Shown: one piece after another, positions 51,833-64,000 of the stretch
Layout: each line of letters starts with the position of its first letter
How positions within the stretch are numbered: the stretch's first letter is position 1
Assembly (NCBI RefSeq): GCF_002113885.1
Contig: NW_018408026.1
Span: 45,391 to 109,390, forward strand
Reading direction: 5' to 3'
Length of the DNA stretch: 64,000 bases
Source of the DNA: Mizuhopecten yessoensis
Lineage: Eukaryota
Notes under the pieces: generated by a model
Database searches by the model: none
Told to the model about the DNA's origin: nothing
What the model saw: the letters and a program-made list of their open reading frames with translations, nothing else
Position numbers and translations under genes: made by a program

Positions 51833-54800
51833 ATAGCACCAAATATCGCATACATGTAACAGACAAGCGTAAAGAAATGAAAATCTGATTGGCCTGCAGG
51901 GTTTCGGGCGATATTTCCTCGTCAAAGGTACGGGAAAAAGTCTGAAATAAAATATCTCATCTATAGTTTCATCCTTGACATCGATCACTCAATGATGAAA
52001 ATATTCACAACTTTGTTGAACTTCACTATTTCAATGTTTTCACACCGTCGGTAACTACAGTTTAAAACGTGTTTTTTTTACAGTGACATCGTTAACAGTA
52101 ACATTAGGGAGATTTTACGCCAATTTGTCGACGTTGGCCCGGATTTTGTGACGTTGTGAGATAGTTACATATAGTTGGAAGTGTTGACTAACTTATCAAA
52201 ACATGCGTTTTGTTGGCGGTTGAATTAATCAGGTCACGGACATGTCATAGCTTTCTAACATATAGAAATACGCGTCAATTGTGAACGTGTCTGAGGCTCA
52301 ACATTTAAATATGTTTACCAAAAATAATGTTAAATGAGACTCAGTATTTTCCATTTGTCTGGTTTTAAGGTGATAACCATACTAGGTCAAGAGTCAAATC
52401 AACATAAATAGTTTCTTTAATTTACACATTATTGTTAAAGTGAAGTTCACTGAAATTGTTCCCGAAGTTCGTTTTTCCCAGCGCGCCGCTATGTATCTCC
52501 CGCCTTGGCGATGCCATCCTCGTCGGCACAGGCGTGAATCTGCCATAGACAACAATGGCTTCCTCCCACAGACAATTCTCCATCTCTTGTAAACAACTTC
52601 TTGGCATCTTTCATGATCAGAAGATCTATTATTCTTACGTTCTCCTAAACAGTTCAATCAGTGTGTAGGACTATTTATTTGAATCGTCCATTCATTGAAA
52701 TGCGCCGTGCACTTTATACCGAGATTTCACGCACTGGAAATAAACAGATGCGTTTTGTTTTTGATTTCGTTCACATTCTGTAGAGAATTCCGATGTGTGG
52801 CAGGTTTTTTGTACCTTTTCAAAAATGATAAATCGCTAGATGATAATAATAAAGACAGTAAGATAACCCAAGTTAAAGAGATCCCCGTGTACTGTGTATT
52901 CCTGTGTTTATTGTTTACAGAATTAAAGTTACAGAATTCATGAGTGATTCGCGCTCTTTTTCATACTCAATTGTAGCACCCCCGCCAAAAAAAAAGAGTA
53001 AAAGCAACCAACCAAACAAACATAACAAAACAATAAATTACGATAAGATTCGATTCCAGTCTTTTATTTAAAACATATGCGACACACTTCAACCTAATCA
53101 AGACGAAGCATATTTTATTGCCAAAACATTTTAGACAAGGAATTTAGGCACAAGTTATTGCAACTTATGATAGCTTTCTTCGTCATACTTTACAATTGCA
53201 CGATAACAATGAAACAGACATAGTAATGCTGTATACCTCCCCACCCCTATATATCACGATGTACATACATCAACATATAGCCACAGTTAAAATAATATTG
53301 CTGGATTTTATAAAGTGACACACATGTGCAAAAAGTTTTATACTGAGGTTCAACGAAAGCTGAGATTTCCAAACTAAAGTAGTTCTTAATTTAAGTCAAA
53401 ATTAAAAGGAAAGCTTTAAGATTCGCCTTTGGGTGGTGAAAAGTTGTCATTTATAGAAAAAAGCGATCTAGGCAACAACGTTCAGTCTGGAATTTGAACA
53501 AGGTTAACTCTGTAAAGGTCTCATTTAAGAGAACATCATCGATGTCTATTCTTAGTATGTAAAATGATCACCTTACAATCAAGACGTTTGTTTACTCGAA
53601 ACTAGCTACAACTTGTTAAGTGGATCATACATCATATATATAAGAAAGCCAACGCGCATGACAATGCGCCTGTCTTCATGTGACCCCAGCTGTTGCGAGG
53701 ACGTCAGAAATCCCGATAGAAACAATTGCAAACCAATGAATATATGGGATGTCATATTTGCCGATATGTTACCGATTTAAGACAAGTTATAAAGTGTTCC
53801 ATGACCTTTTTGTAATATCGTTAAAGTTGTCAACTTGTATAGGCATACCGGAAGCGGTTGGGCTCTCTGGACATGCGCACTTGTAGCAAGGCATCCTATC
53901 CCATCCGGATTAACAATACGTTATGTAGTTTATTTTATTCAATAATCAAGCAAGTTTATTGCATATATATTGTTTCAGACAGATGAGAAAACAAGGCATA
54001 AATGCATTTGAATCAATAAAAAAAAATTGACTTGCTTCTCGTTTTCAATTTGTATCAAGACGTAGTTTGATTGGGAAAAGATTTTGACTGTAATAAAATA
54101 GCCAGTAATTTGCTGATGTGCATTATTTGTTTACGATTTATCTGCCCGTGACACAATAATATAATTTAGGATCGTTGCACGGTAAAATGTCAAAGCCGTT
54201 GGCGACAATAAGGAGGACAGTTAAGAAAAGAAAGCGAAGGTGAAAGAGAAAACCTGTAGACAAAATTAGGGACCATTTTTTCAATGAAATGGTTTCTTCT
54301 GCCGAGCCTACATAAGGATGTTGCGCATCTGATAGAGACAGTAGTACAGGGCAAGATGTCAACAATTCTGTTTACTTAGTAATGTACTTTAAAATAATAA
54401 TCTAAAATATTTGACTTTAATTTAAAATTGCAATTCTGTTTTGTTTGTTTTGTTGTTAACTTATGTTTTCCTCAATATTCAGAAACAACTTATTTTTCTT
54501 AAACATTTAATAATCTTTTCAGTAATCGGAAATCGTTTAATCGGCTTTGATTGTTTTCTAGATTTAACTGTATTAGTCACCCCCTTACGACATACAATCA
54601 CCGATCTGTTTTATACAGAAAAGCTGGGCCACTATCGCTCGGGATTCCAATCGCTCACGGAATATCTGACATTTTTGATGATTTCTTTAATGTAATAAAG
54701 TTAATTAATTAGTCACTGTTCAATCAGCCAACCACATACCCTAATGACAATGATCAACATGTGGTTTAAGTGGTATAAACTATACTATGTATTGCCTGAA

Positions 54801-57322
54801 ACAAGTACTGGTCTGTCACGAGACCACGAGATACATACCTGTAGGGTTGGGTCATTTTTTTCTATCGCGCACATCTTTGATTGCTATCTTTTACAGGTGC
54901 AAGCCACAGGTAACCCGTGGGGTGACAACGAACTCGTGGCACGGGCATCGACCTACCTGGAACACGCACCTCGCCATACCTGGCGGGTACCGTGCGTGGT
55001 ACACACCTGCGGGAGGACAGGTAAGACCGTTCCAGTATATAGATACTCTTTGGAACTGTCAGTATCCAACCCTTCAGTTACATTGTTAGGAATCCAGGAC
55101 TTGTTAGCCATGCCAGGTGTCAACCGCAACGGACAGGTGTCGGCGCTCATCAAGATTTGTTTGTGTTGAATTGAATAAAAAAAGGATCCGTTTGTTTAGT
55201 GTTAACTTGTTATAGAGTTGTTTGTTGCTATTGTGGGTATGTTGCGTGTCGATATCATAACGTCATTGTTTATTTATTATTACACAATCTAGGTGCGATA
55301 TTTCCAAATATTTATACAATAAGTCACATTATAAGAAATACGTGCACTGGCAAGGCTCGGCAAACAATACATAAAACGAAACGTGGGGAAAGTATTGTAC
55401 GTGAATTTATATATGTACATTTTGATGAAGATAAGAAAACAAAATATAGAAAAAAATATTTGTATTAAAATTTAGAATCTCGGAGTGGTCGTTAGAGGTC
55501 CAGTGTTGGACTTGAGATGAGACATCAGGTACACCTTTACACTTATTTATGTGTATCTAGGAATAATAATTTACAAGCTTGTATTTAGTGACATGTGTTC
55601 ATTGTTGTATGTATACCCTATCGCTCACTATACCATACTCGTAACAACCACACCTTAATGATGTAAATACATTTAAATACTTTTTCATTTTCACAGAAAA
55701 CACAATAGTGTAAACAACACTAAACATTTATCTGGTAACAGTAATTAATATATTGTATTTTAGAATACATCATTACTTTGCACGTGATTGCAGTTTTTAC
55801 GAAATAAGTTCGTCATCATCACATTCTGCTAATTACTGGTGCTATCACAAGATCCTAACACGAACCAGATGTAGATAACCAGATTTTCCTTTCTATATTT
55901 TTTTCTCTGCTTCATGTTTACTTTTGCTCAGTAGTAAACTACCTCATTTATCGCCATCAAATTCAACCTCAATTAAGTTACTCCATATATTTGATTTATT
56001 TTTATATGTATGTGGGGTTTTTTTCGTTAGTATTCTTTTTAATTTTTATTCATTTGTTTTGTTTGTTTGTTTGGTTTTTTAACAATTACTTTAAACATTT
56101 CTTTCTTCATTACAATAACCCGAGTGACAATGTTAATAACTATCTGGAAAATCGTTCACACCTGTGTAGCTGTGAGTGGATGTAGCCCTGACTCACACAC
56201 TTCTGGTGTTAGTCAATCGTTTGATCTCTCCCCGCATCGTGTAAAATAGTTAGATACAATTTGTATGTATAGTGGTTCTTAAAAGCTTTAAACCGTTTTA
56301 TTACAGAGGTCACAAATCTAACGCAATTGTGTCAGAGTATAAAAAATAACACCAGCGGTTACATCGCGATATCAGCTATTGTAATGCTAATCCGGACTCC
56401 ATTGACGGCTACTTTCATTTTCCGCGTATAAAGCATTATGTGGGTTATATCAAGCTCCTCAGGGTACAAAAGAGGCGGGACTGGATATTGTCATACTCAC
56501 ACGCGTACGTTATCAGACTGGATCAACTCCACAATATCATAAACATGTCTATCCTGCAAATTATTAATACAAGGAACTAATTTATATTATTTAATAAATT
56601 TATTTATATTCAAACTATTTTATTATGCATTCATGTAGATACATACTAGTATATTATATTCCTCACTCGTTAATTGAAATCTGCAGACGGAAAAAATGGA
56701 CAAAAATCTGCAAGTATTTCGATGAAACTGTTTTTCGTCATCGGATAACCACTGTCGAAACGCGCTACACTAACTGGCCAGCAGTGTAGCGCTATGTTTC
56801 TTTGAGAAAATTATACCAATGTCTTTATCTTACGCACGAGAAGAAAATCGTAATCTTGATTACACAACAGTTTGAGTCATTTCGTTATTGTTTTAATATT
56901 TCTGTTACATATTTCACGTTTATTTAAAAGATAATGATATAATCAAAGACGTTTATTTGGATAGCATAAAACATATTCACTCACGGACCAGTTATGCTTA
57001 ATTCAACATAATGATATTTGAGGATTGCCTTTTATACTTCATTCGCCAAAATAAACCTGATTGAACTGTTTTTGATGTTGCTGGTCATATGTTGCTGTTT
57101 ACGTCTATACGACAAGAACCGAGAAAAACGTTACACTGTGTATTTTATTTCGTATAGTCTACTAAATGTAATGATGTGTTAGTTTAACGGCATCTAGACA
57201 ATACCGCTCGTGTTTCACTCTCTTGATAACACCTCTCAGATTGGGTCATAAATCCTCACGTTTCCTATAGTGTAACGTAGACAACGAGCAATGTGCACTG
57301 AATACTTTGTCGCCTTCCCGAT

Positions 57323-57460
57323 TACTATTTTCACTTTCCGCGTAGAAAGCATTGTCTGCACTACTCCGATAATTGACATATCATGATCATGTTCACCTCG
57401 GGCGAAACAAGAGCTTGGTCCGATAACGTCATTGTCAGACCCGCTTGTCAGCCACTATAT
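57323..57460 (+). repeat. Dispersed direct repeat, copy A (copy B at 60964-61100; diverged copy at about 56409-56565)
   Basis: Shared ATAATTGACATATCATGATCATGTTCACCT..GGCGAAACAAGAGCTTGGTCCGATAACGTC.TTGTCAGACCCGCTTGTCAGCCACT. Confidence 0.85.
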
Positions 57461-60400
57461 GTTACTGATCGAGCTGGAAAAACTACTACCTCTCACCTGA
57501 GCGTGTCAAAACCATACCGTTCCCAAACACGTATTTTGATAGCATTACAATGAGATATATGTCCTGTTTTTGTTTGTTTGTTATTGTTTGTTTGTTATTG
57601 TTTTGTTTTTGCTTACAAAATGTATTCATGACTGTATTTTCAATCAAAGTTGGCTATTTTATGATAAGGTGAAGCAATTTCACCTGAAATTTCACCAAAG
57701 CCATCATCATTTGTGTTTTAGGTATCAAAGATATTACATCTTTTAAAATTTATTTTTTGATCAGCTGAGGAAAAACGATCAGATTTATGTAAATAAAAAA
57801 TGATCATTTGTTGCACGTATATTGTGCTAAATTATTTGCAATTTGTGATAGTTGAAACTAGTTTGTATTTAGTTGTCATACACTGGTTGCAGTTAAATGT
57901 GGTTGACTGGTGGTATTTTATCAGTTCTCAAGATTGACCGTAAACTTGTATGTGGAATCTGGTCTGACACTATTTACATGAGATGCTGGTTTATGAATTG
58001 TTGCCAAAAGCTCACATTTTGAAACTTTATAAAGGGTTTTAATTTCATTTTTCCCCCATTTTGACCTGTAGAACGTCTGTTTATTTTTCATAAATTTGTA
58101 ATTTGCATTTGTTGTAGATAGATATGTCTATAAATCACACATTGTAATGACGTTTCTTGTTTTCTTGTTTCTTGTGTGTGCTGCACTTTTTTCCTGTTGA
58201 AATTTGTCATGATTTGTTTTCATGTTTTACTCTCTTATGTTATTTTTCTACCAAAATGTTCATCTTTTAAAGTTGTCCTTCATGATATTGAACTGACCCC
58301 GAGCAGGTTAGAGTAAAAAATAAATCTGCTGTATAATTGCATGTATGAATAAGGCGACTGATATGGGACCCCTGTAATATCGAGATTGTTCTTCAGTGCC
58401 GTCTACTTAAGGTATTGATTTTGATATGCTGCGCCTTTTCTGACTCTTGATACCTCTACCTTTTCTTTTCTCTTTTACTAATTTTTAGCCGATATCTCCT
58501 TCGACAACCGTTTTAATATGACGTTAGCTGTTGCGAGGTCGCTAAACACAGAACAAGATAAAACAATAATGAAATATGAAAGTCATTCATTAATGTAATA
58601 TCAACTATGTGATTTCTATATAGGTTATTAACATGAACATCAGCATATTTTAGTTCTTGATATCAGAATAGAGTCATCGTACATGAACACGGATTAACGA
58701 ATAAAATGTTTACAACACGACGCACTGACGTCACAATGTTTTACATTAAAAAAAAACGGAAGCTGTGTCTTTTTAGGTATATGTTGTGATTTAAACATAT
58801 TAAAACATATTTTTATTGCAAAAATATTTCACAAACGAATCGGACACAAGTTTTACGAACATAGTGTTGTAGTTGGAACCAGATATCCAAACCATGATGG
58901 TAAACTATATCCTTTCTAATTGATTACAAATAAATAAAACATTGCTAGAGAAATTCAATTAAGAACCGGATAAATAAAGAATTACGTAGCAATATACAAC
59001 TATCTGATAAGAACTTGTTTACATGTGTCAACACAAAGTAATTAGACAATACACAACAATATTTTTATAAATGACATTTTTAAACTAAAATAAAATGGAA
59101 AGAAAATCAAAGTGTCAACACGCTAGGATAGAATCGGGACTGAAAGATCGATATAATAACGGGAGTTTAAAACGTCGCCAGATCAAAAGGACGCTGAATA
59201 TAAACTTCGTCAATCACTGGCGGCGAAACCAAGTATTCGAAAGATTACTTTTTTGTACAACATGTTGTATTATTCACGAGATTTTCATTCAAATCCCTTA
59301 AACATTTCTTTATTTACGGAAGATTCTGAAATACTTTGTCGGAACGTAAATTCCAAAGTCTATGAAAAAGGACAACGGGAACAATGGAAACATCGAAACA
59401 AAGTAAAAAATACAGCATCGACCCTCACAAAAAAACTAAAAAGGAAACTCGTCGATTCCTTAATCACATGGTACACCAGCCATGAAACTTTGTAGGCCAT
59501 CAAATATTTAAGTCATCCTGAGCTAGTTTTTAGCATGGTAGACATAGAGATTATAGACGAAAATTCAGGCCAAGATGATGACGTAAATCTATTAATTGAT
59601 TTTTCTTTTTCCACATTTCATTAACTTTCATTGATTTAAAGACATCTTGAACTTTAAACACTCCACAGGAAACTGTTGGTGGTGTTAAAGTCCTTAACGT
59701 GAGATTTTCATTACTTTCAATAATGATTTCACATAAACACAAAACCTAACCTATATAGAATTTTCTGAAGTTGGGGAGCGCTTGTGATCCGAGGTTTGGT
59801 TAGGTATACTACAGGTCAACAGGACGCAAATTAAAAAAAAGAAAGAAAGTCATGATACTGAGAACAGACTGTTGAATAACGAACCAACTGTGACAACCAG
59901 AAACAAGGTGGCTGGGTTATTACAATTGAGAAAAGAAAAGGTAATCATTGGGATATAAAAGTGGTCACGGTTATACTAGAGTTTTGTAGCCAGGAGGCCA
60001 TTATTGTTATAACTGTAAGTAAATGCCAATATATAAAGCAGAATACAGGGATGCTGGTATTTTTAGCTTCACGTTTTGGAGAATAAATGAAATGCAAGTA
60101 GTTATCTAAATTCCCGTTATTCAAGGACAAAACATGATACGTGTATATTAATGTTAAATATGATAACCGGGAAGTATCTTCATCTCCTTTTTTAACAGCC
60201 TTATACAAATCTAATCTTGAGAATTCAAAATACATACTGACTAGAAGTGGTGTAGTAAGTCTCCTATTTTAATACCGACAGTGTGTTGAAAAAGTGTTCC
60301 ACCAAATTAAGCAAAAATGTTGTCAACTAAAACAATATCGACCATGACCACAGTTTCATCCTTTTCGTATTTTCCTTGCAATCAGTACGATGTTTAAGAA

Positions 60401-60963
60401 ACTTATTTTCTTTCTATTTTTAGAAATCAGGATATGATGGTGAATGTTAGATGTTTTCATAGCAGATTGAATGTGATCAGGTAGGAAGCAATGTGTTAGT
60501 ATGTAATCAGAACGGAAGTAAACATAAATTATATATTAAGGTTACACAAAACCACTGATTACATATAATACCGATAACATTAAATACTGATAACATGTAT
60601 ACATTCAAAAATAATGCAGATGGAGTATATTTTATGTTTTTATCATAAAGCTTTTAGCAATAAAATACTTCAAGGCTAATCCCAAACAGTCTAAAATATA
60701 CACATGCCATAATTATCAAAATAAAAAACCAATTCAATCATGCACTGATCAGTGTAAGTATTTACAAGATATATGCAAAATAGAAAATGGTTTATGTAAC
60801 TGCCTCGTTCACATTTATAACAAAGATACATAACAATAAAGTGAAGATTTTATGATAGTTTTAAAGTCATTATATAAGTTTATTTTTATTAATCCTTTCA
60901 TCGACATTAAAATGGTGATACATATTGTAAAGTAGGACGCTTCGCTTCATCACCCTTTCAATG

Positions 60964-61100
60964 ACTACTTTCACTTTCCGCATAGAAATCGTTGTGCGGG
61001 TTAATGCTATAATTGACATATCATGATCATGTTCACCTGAGGCGAAACAAGAGCTTGGTCCGATAACGTCGTTGTCAGACCCGCTTGTCAGCCACTATCT
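60964..61100 (+). repeat. Dispersed direct repeat, copy B
   Basis: Near-identical core to 57323-57460. Confidence 0.85.
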
Positions 61101-61669
61101 ATTACCCGATCTGGATTAAGCTCATCTCGAAGTGTCATATTTGTACTATATCCAGTAAATATTTATATAGATTCAATTATTAAAATAAAATAAATATTTA
61201 TTAGGTGAGACAATAATATTTTTTTTATCTATAAGCTTTATTAACTCAACGCATCCCTTTAAACATGTTGAGGATGCAGAACTCAACAAAGTCATGTATT
61301 TACTGCTCCGAATGGCTTTTTTGTCTAGATGTTTTTCACCAGTGGTACTATATAACAAATGAATATCAATTTCCAATTTCTGCTTTAATCTCTTGGCTGA
61401 CAGATTCTTTATAACACATATATCTTTAATATGTATATGCATAACTATAATACATCATTTTGTTTCTCTCATGTCAGCCAGAAATATTTTAATCATTATT
61501 TAATTACATTATTACGTATAACAATTTTTTGTTTGATATTAAATAAGAGCGAAATACATTTAGAAAATTCATGTAAATTATTATAAATGTTATCTACTAA
61601 AGTATTAAGTCTAAAGATTGAAGTACCTTATAGAAAGGCGAATGCATCAAAACAAAAAGAAATATATAA

Positions 61670-61700
<31 letters not shown>

Positions 61701-62019
61701 ACTGTATATTTGTATATCAAATGAAATAAGACAAACAGTTAATGATTTAAAACAACAAATTTTATTGGACTTAATTCAGTTAATTGTGCTTAACGGATTA
61801 GCTCAAATTGGAAACATGGACACAGTATTGATCGGCTGGATAAGCAGCTAAAAGAACTATATTTAAAACCAATCCGCATGTGCTTTGACCACCTAAGATG
61901 AATATTTTGACAGGGCCTTCCTTGTATGATTAGAAACCTGCTATTTTGTGTTCAGTTAGGGTATTCGGATCTCTGCGTCCAATTAAATTAGACTCCGGTA
62001 CACACGTGTCTGCAAAGTG

Positions 62020-62095
62020 ATAGCTCCGCCTACGAGGGCGGTCTTAACGCCGCGAGCTCCCAGTGAAGTAGAATCTTAGCCAATGGGAGCGCGTT
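62020..62095 (+). promoter_or_regulatory. Candidate Tbx20 proximal promoter (GC boxes, CCAAT box)
   Basis: CTCCGCC and GAGGGCGG GC-box-like motifs and AGCCAATGGG in a local CpG-rich patch about 220-280 bp upstream of the ATG. Confidence 0.5.
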
Positions 62096-62302
62096 TTACA
62101 TCGTTCGGGTTTAGGTAATGTGTACTGAAGATAAATTGGCGATGATAGCGGTGTTTTGACACAAATTGTTGACATTGCCACTGCTGAAACATACGGAATA
62201 ACAGTGTATATACATTGGCAAGAGCTTCCTATTTGTTACATTGAAATCTTCACCGTTGATGTAATATCGTACAGGAACTAAGTATTCTATAATATATTTG
62301 TG

Positions 62303-62516
62303 ATGGAATTGGATACCCATACAACAGATATTATGGAATCACGACCAGAGTCTCCAGAGGCCGTGAAACTTCTTCTACAGGCTAAGCAACATCTATCTCC
62401 CAAAGCTAATGCCTTCTCTATTGCTTCTATATTAGGAGAGACTACCAAGAGACCATCCGAGTCCCCCTCTCCCCCGAGGGTTCTCGCTACACCTCCTCAA
62501 GCCGACACTCCTCCAG
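62303..62516 (+). CDS. TBX20: T-box transcription factor Tbx20, coding exon 1
   Basis: MELDTH...LSPKANAFSIASILG contains the eh1 motif as in Tbx20 (LSSRANAFSIAALM); CAG|GTAAGA donor, phase 1. Confidence 0.88.
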
Positions 62517-63802
62517 GTAAGATTTTGTTCCTTGTCAATGTTATGTAGATTTTTACAACATAGAATGTATTCATTATCGTTTACTTCATGTTATATGTGT
62601 TAACGGAATATTTAAAACATGGAAGACGTTTATGTTACCTTTATGCTATAAAAGCACAATGTATCGTATCTAAATATACCGATATAAGACACTACAATAA
62701 ATATGGTAAGGTTTGTCGACACGAAATTGATAGGTATCATGGAACATAACAAACGATATGTGAAGGTTTCTTCTTAAACGTTTTACTCGCAACTGCTAGA
62801 TTTAATATCAAATATGCAGTTGTTGTAGTTCATGTTGTTATTATATAATGGTAAATAGGATTTCGTTTATATTATTTCTGATATATAGATTTTATCTATC
62901 TAAACAAAACAATACGTAATTCAATTTCTTGATACTTTTTTTATAATGGCGTACGAAGTTACATTGTAATATTTTTCTAGTGTTTTGATTAAACTATTCA
63001 TATTATAGTTAGTTTTAATTGGATTGCGATGCTTCGTATACGATCCGAACTAGATACTCCACATTAAATATATTCGCTGTATATTTTGTAAACTATATAT
63101 GTTGCAATATTTCATGTTTTTTCCACGTAATATAGCTTATGCTTTTAAACTCTTTTTTTCTTCTAACATCAGTTAATTTCCATCCACTATTGATCACACT
63201 GTTTTAGATTAATTTATTATTTTCAGTTTATAGGAAAATATTGTTCAATGATATTGTCTCGTCAGCTAAAATATTTTTCTTTATATGTTTTTAGCTAGCA
63301 TTTAGTGCATGTCATACACAGTAAAATATATATATGGTGTATGCATCTTTAACCTAAATAGTAATTTAAATAAATTGTGTTCTTGTTTTGTTTCGTTATG
63401 AATTAAGATCATTAAAACTTATTTTATACCTATTTCATTGTTCTGTTTTATTCATTGCCTACACGAATAAAAATATCCAAACACAGAGTGAAATGTTTTC
63501 CTCGCAGAAGTTAGATATTAAAATAATTCTTCTCGGCTCATCTATTTTCAATATCAATATTTTTTCCTGTCACTTGAAATTGCTACTTGTTATATTTTTT
63601 CATCATTCTTTTCATTTAGTTAAACTAAACTAGTTTATTTAAACTAAACTGTATATCCAAACACCCATTTGAATTTTAGTTTATTTATGGGTTTTTTTTC
63701 GGTTTTTTTGTTTATTAATTTAACTTGTTCTATTTACGAAAAAATATCATTTCTAAGCTTAAGAACTTTATCATTACAAATGTACTATTTCTCCCTAAAC
63801 AG

Positions 63803-63992
63803 GTGAGGTGTGTTCCCCAGGGGAAGATGAGGGAAGTCGCTCGTGCGGTGCCTGTGGTCTGTCCCCTAAGGTACCCGAAGATGTGCCTTACACAGGAGAT
63901 CTACCGAACACCAAGTGTAAACTGGAAACCAAAGAATTGTGGGAGAAATTTCACGAACTTGGTACAGAAATGATCATCACAAAAACTGGAAG
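63803..63992 (+). CDS. TBX20: T-box transcription factor Tbx20, coding exon 2 (T-box start); gene continues beyond right edge
   Basis: [26 protein letters not shown] is the Tbx20/H15-type T-box N-terminus; acceptor CTAAACAG, phase 1; phase-2 intron in the Arg codon. Confidence 0.92.
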
Positions 63993-64000
63993 GTGATTAT

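Noticed and set aside
52394-52657. Short minus-strand ORFs in a GC-richer patch
   Set aside because: No homology recognised; more likely non-coding or regulatory

Overview
AT-rich animal genomic DNA with spliceosomal GT-AG introns; the repeat types suggest a bivalve mollusc (inference). Four protein-coding genes can be assembled by hand. (1) The first coding exon of a minus-strand MARVEL/CMTM-like gene running off the left edge. (2) A complete 4-exon DOK/IRS-type adaptor (PH + IRS-PTB + long Tyr-rich tail, about 938 aa; 7793-15552, +). (3) A complete 7-exon Rab22/Rab31-family GTPase (208 aa; 35077-30379, -) whose CC motif is unusually 15 residues from the C-terminus. (4) The first two exons of Tbx20 (62303 to the right edge, +), preceded by about 26 kb with no recognisable gene. 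The rest is satellites (40, 27, 48, 22, 20 and 24 bp units), MITEs, SINE/LINE/Penelope relics and local duplications. The most notable find is a miniature LTR retrotransposon (TRIM) family whose roughly 128-bp LTRs each carry a tRNA-like Pol III A/B-box promoter. It has a tRNA-Lys-type PBS and a PPT, and occurs as two 2-LTR copies (one with a 4-bp TSD) plus a solo LTR. Two satellite arrays also show template-switch or fold-back rearrangements.
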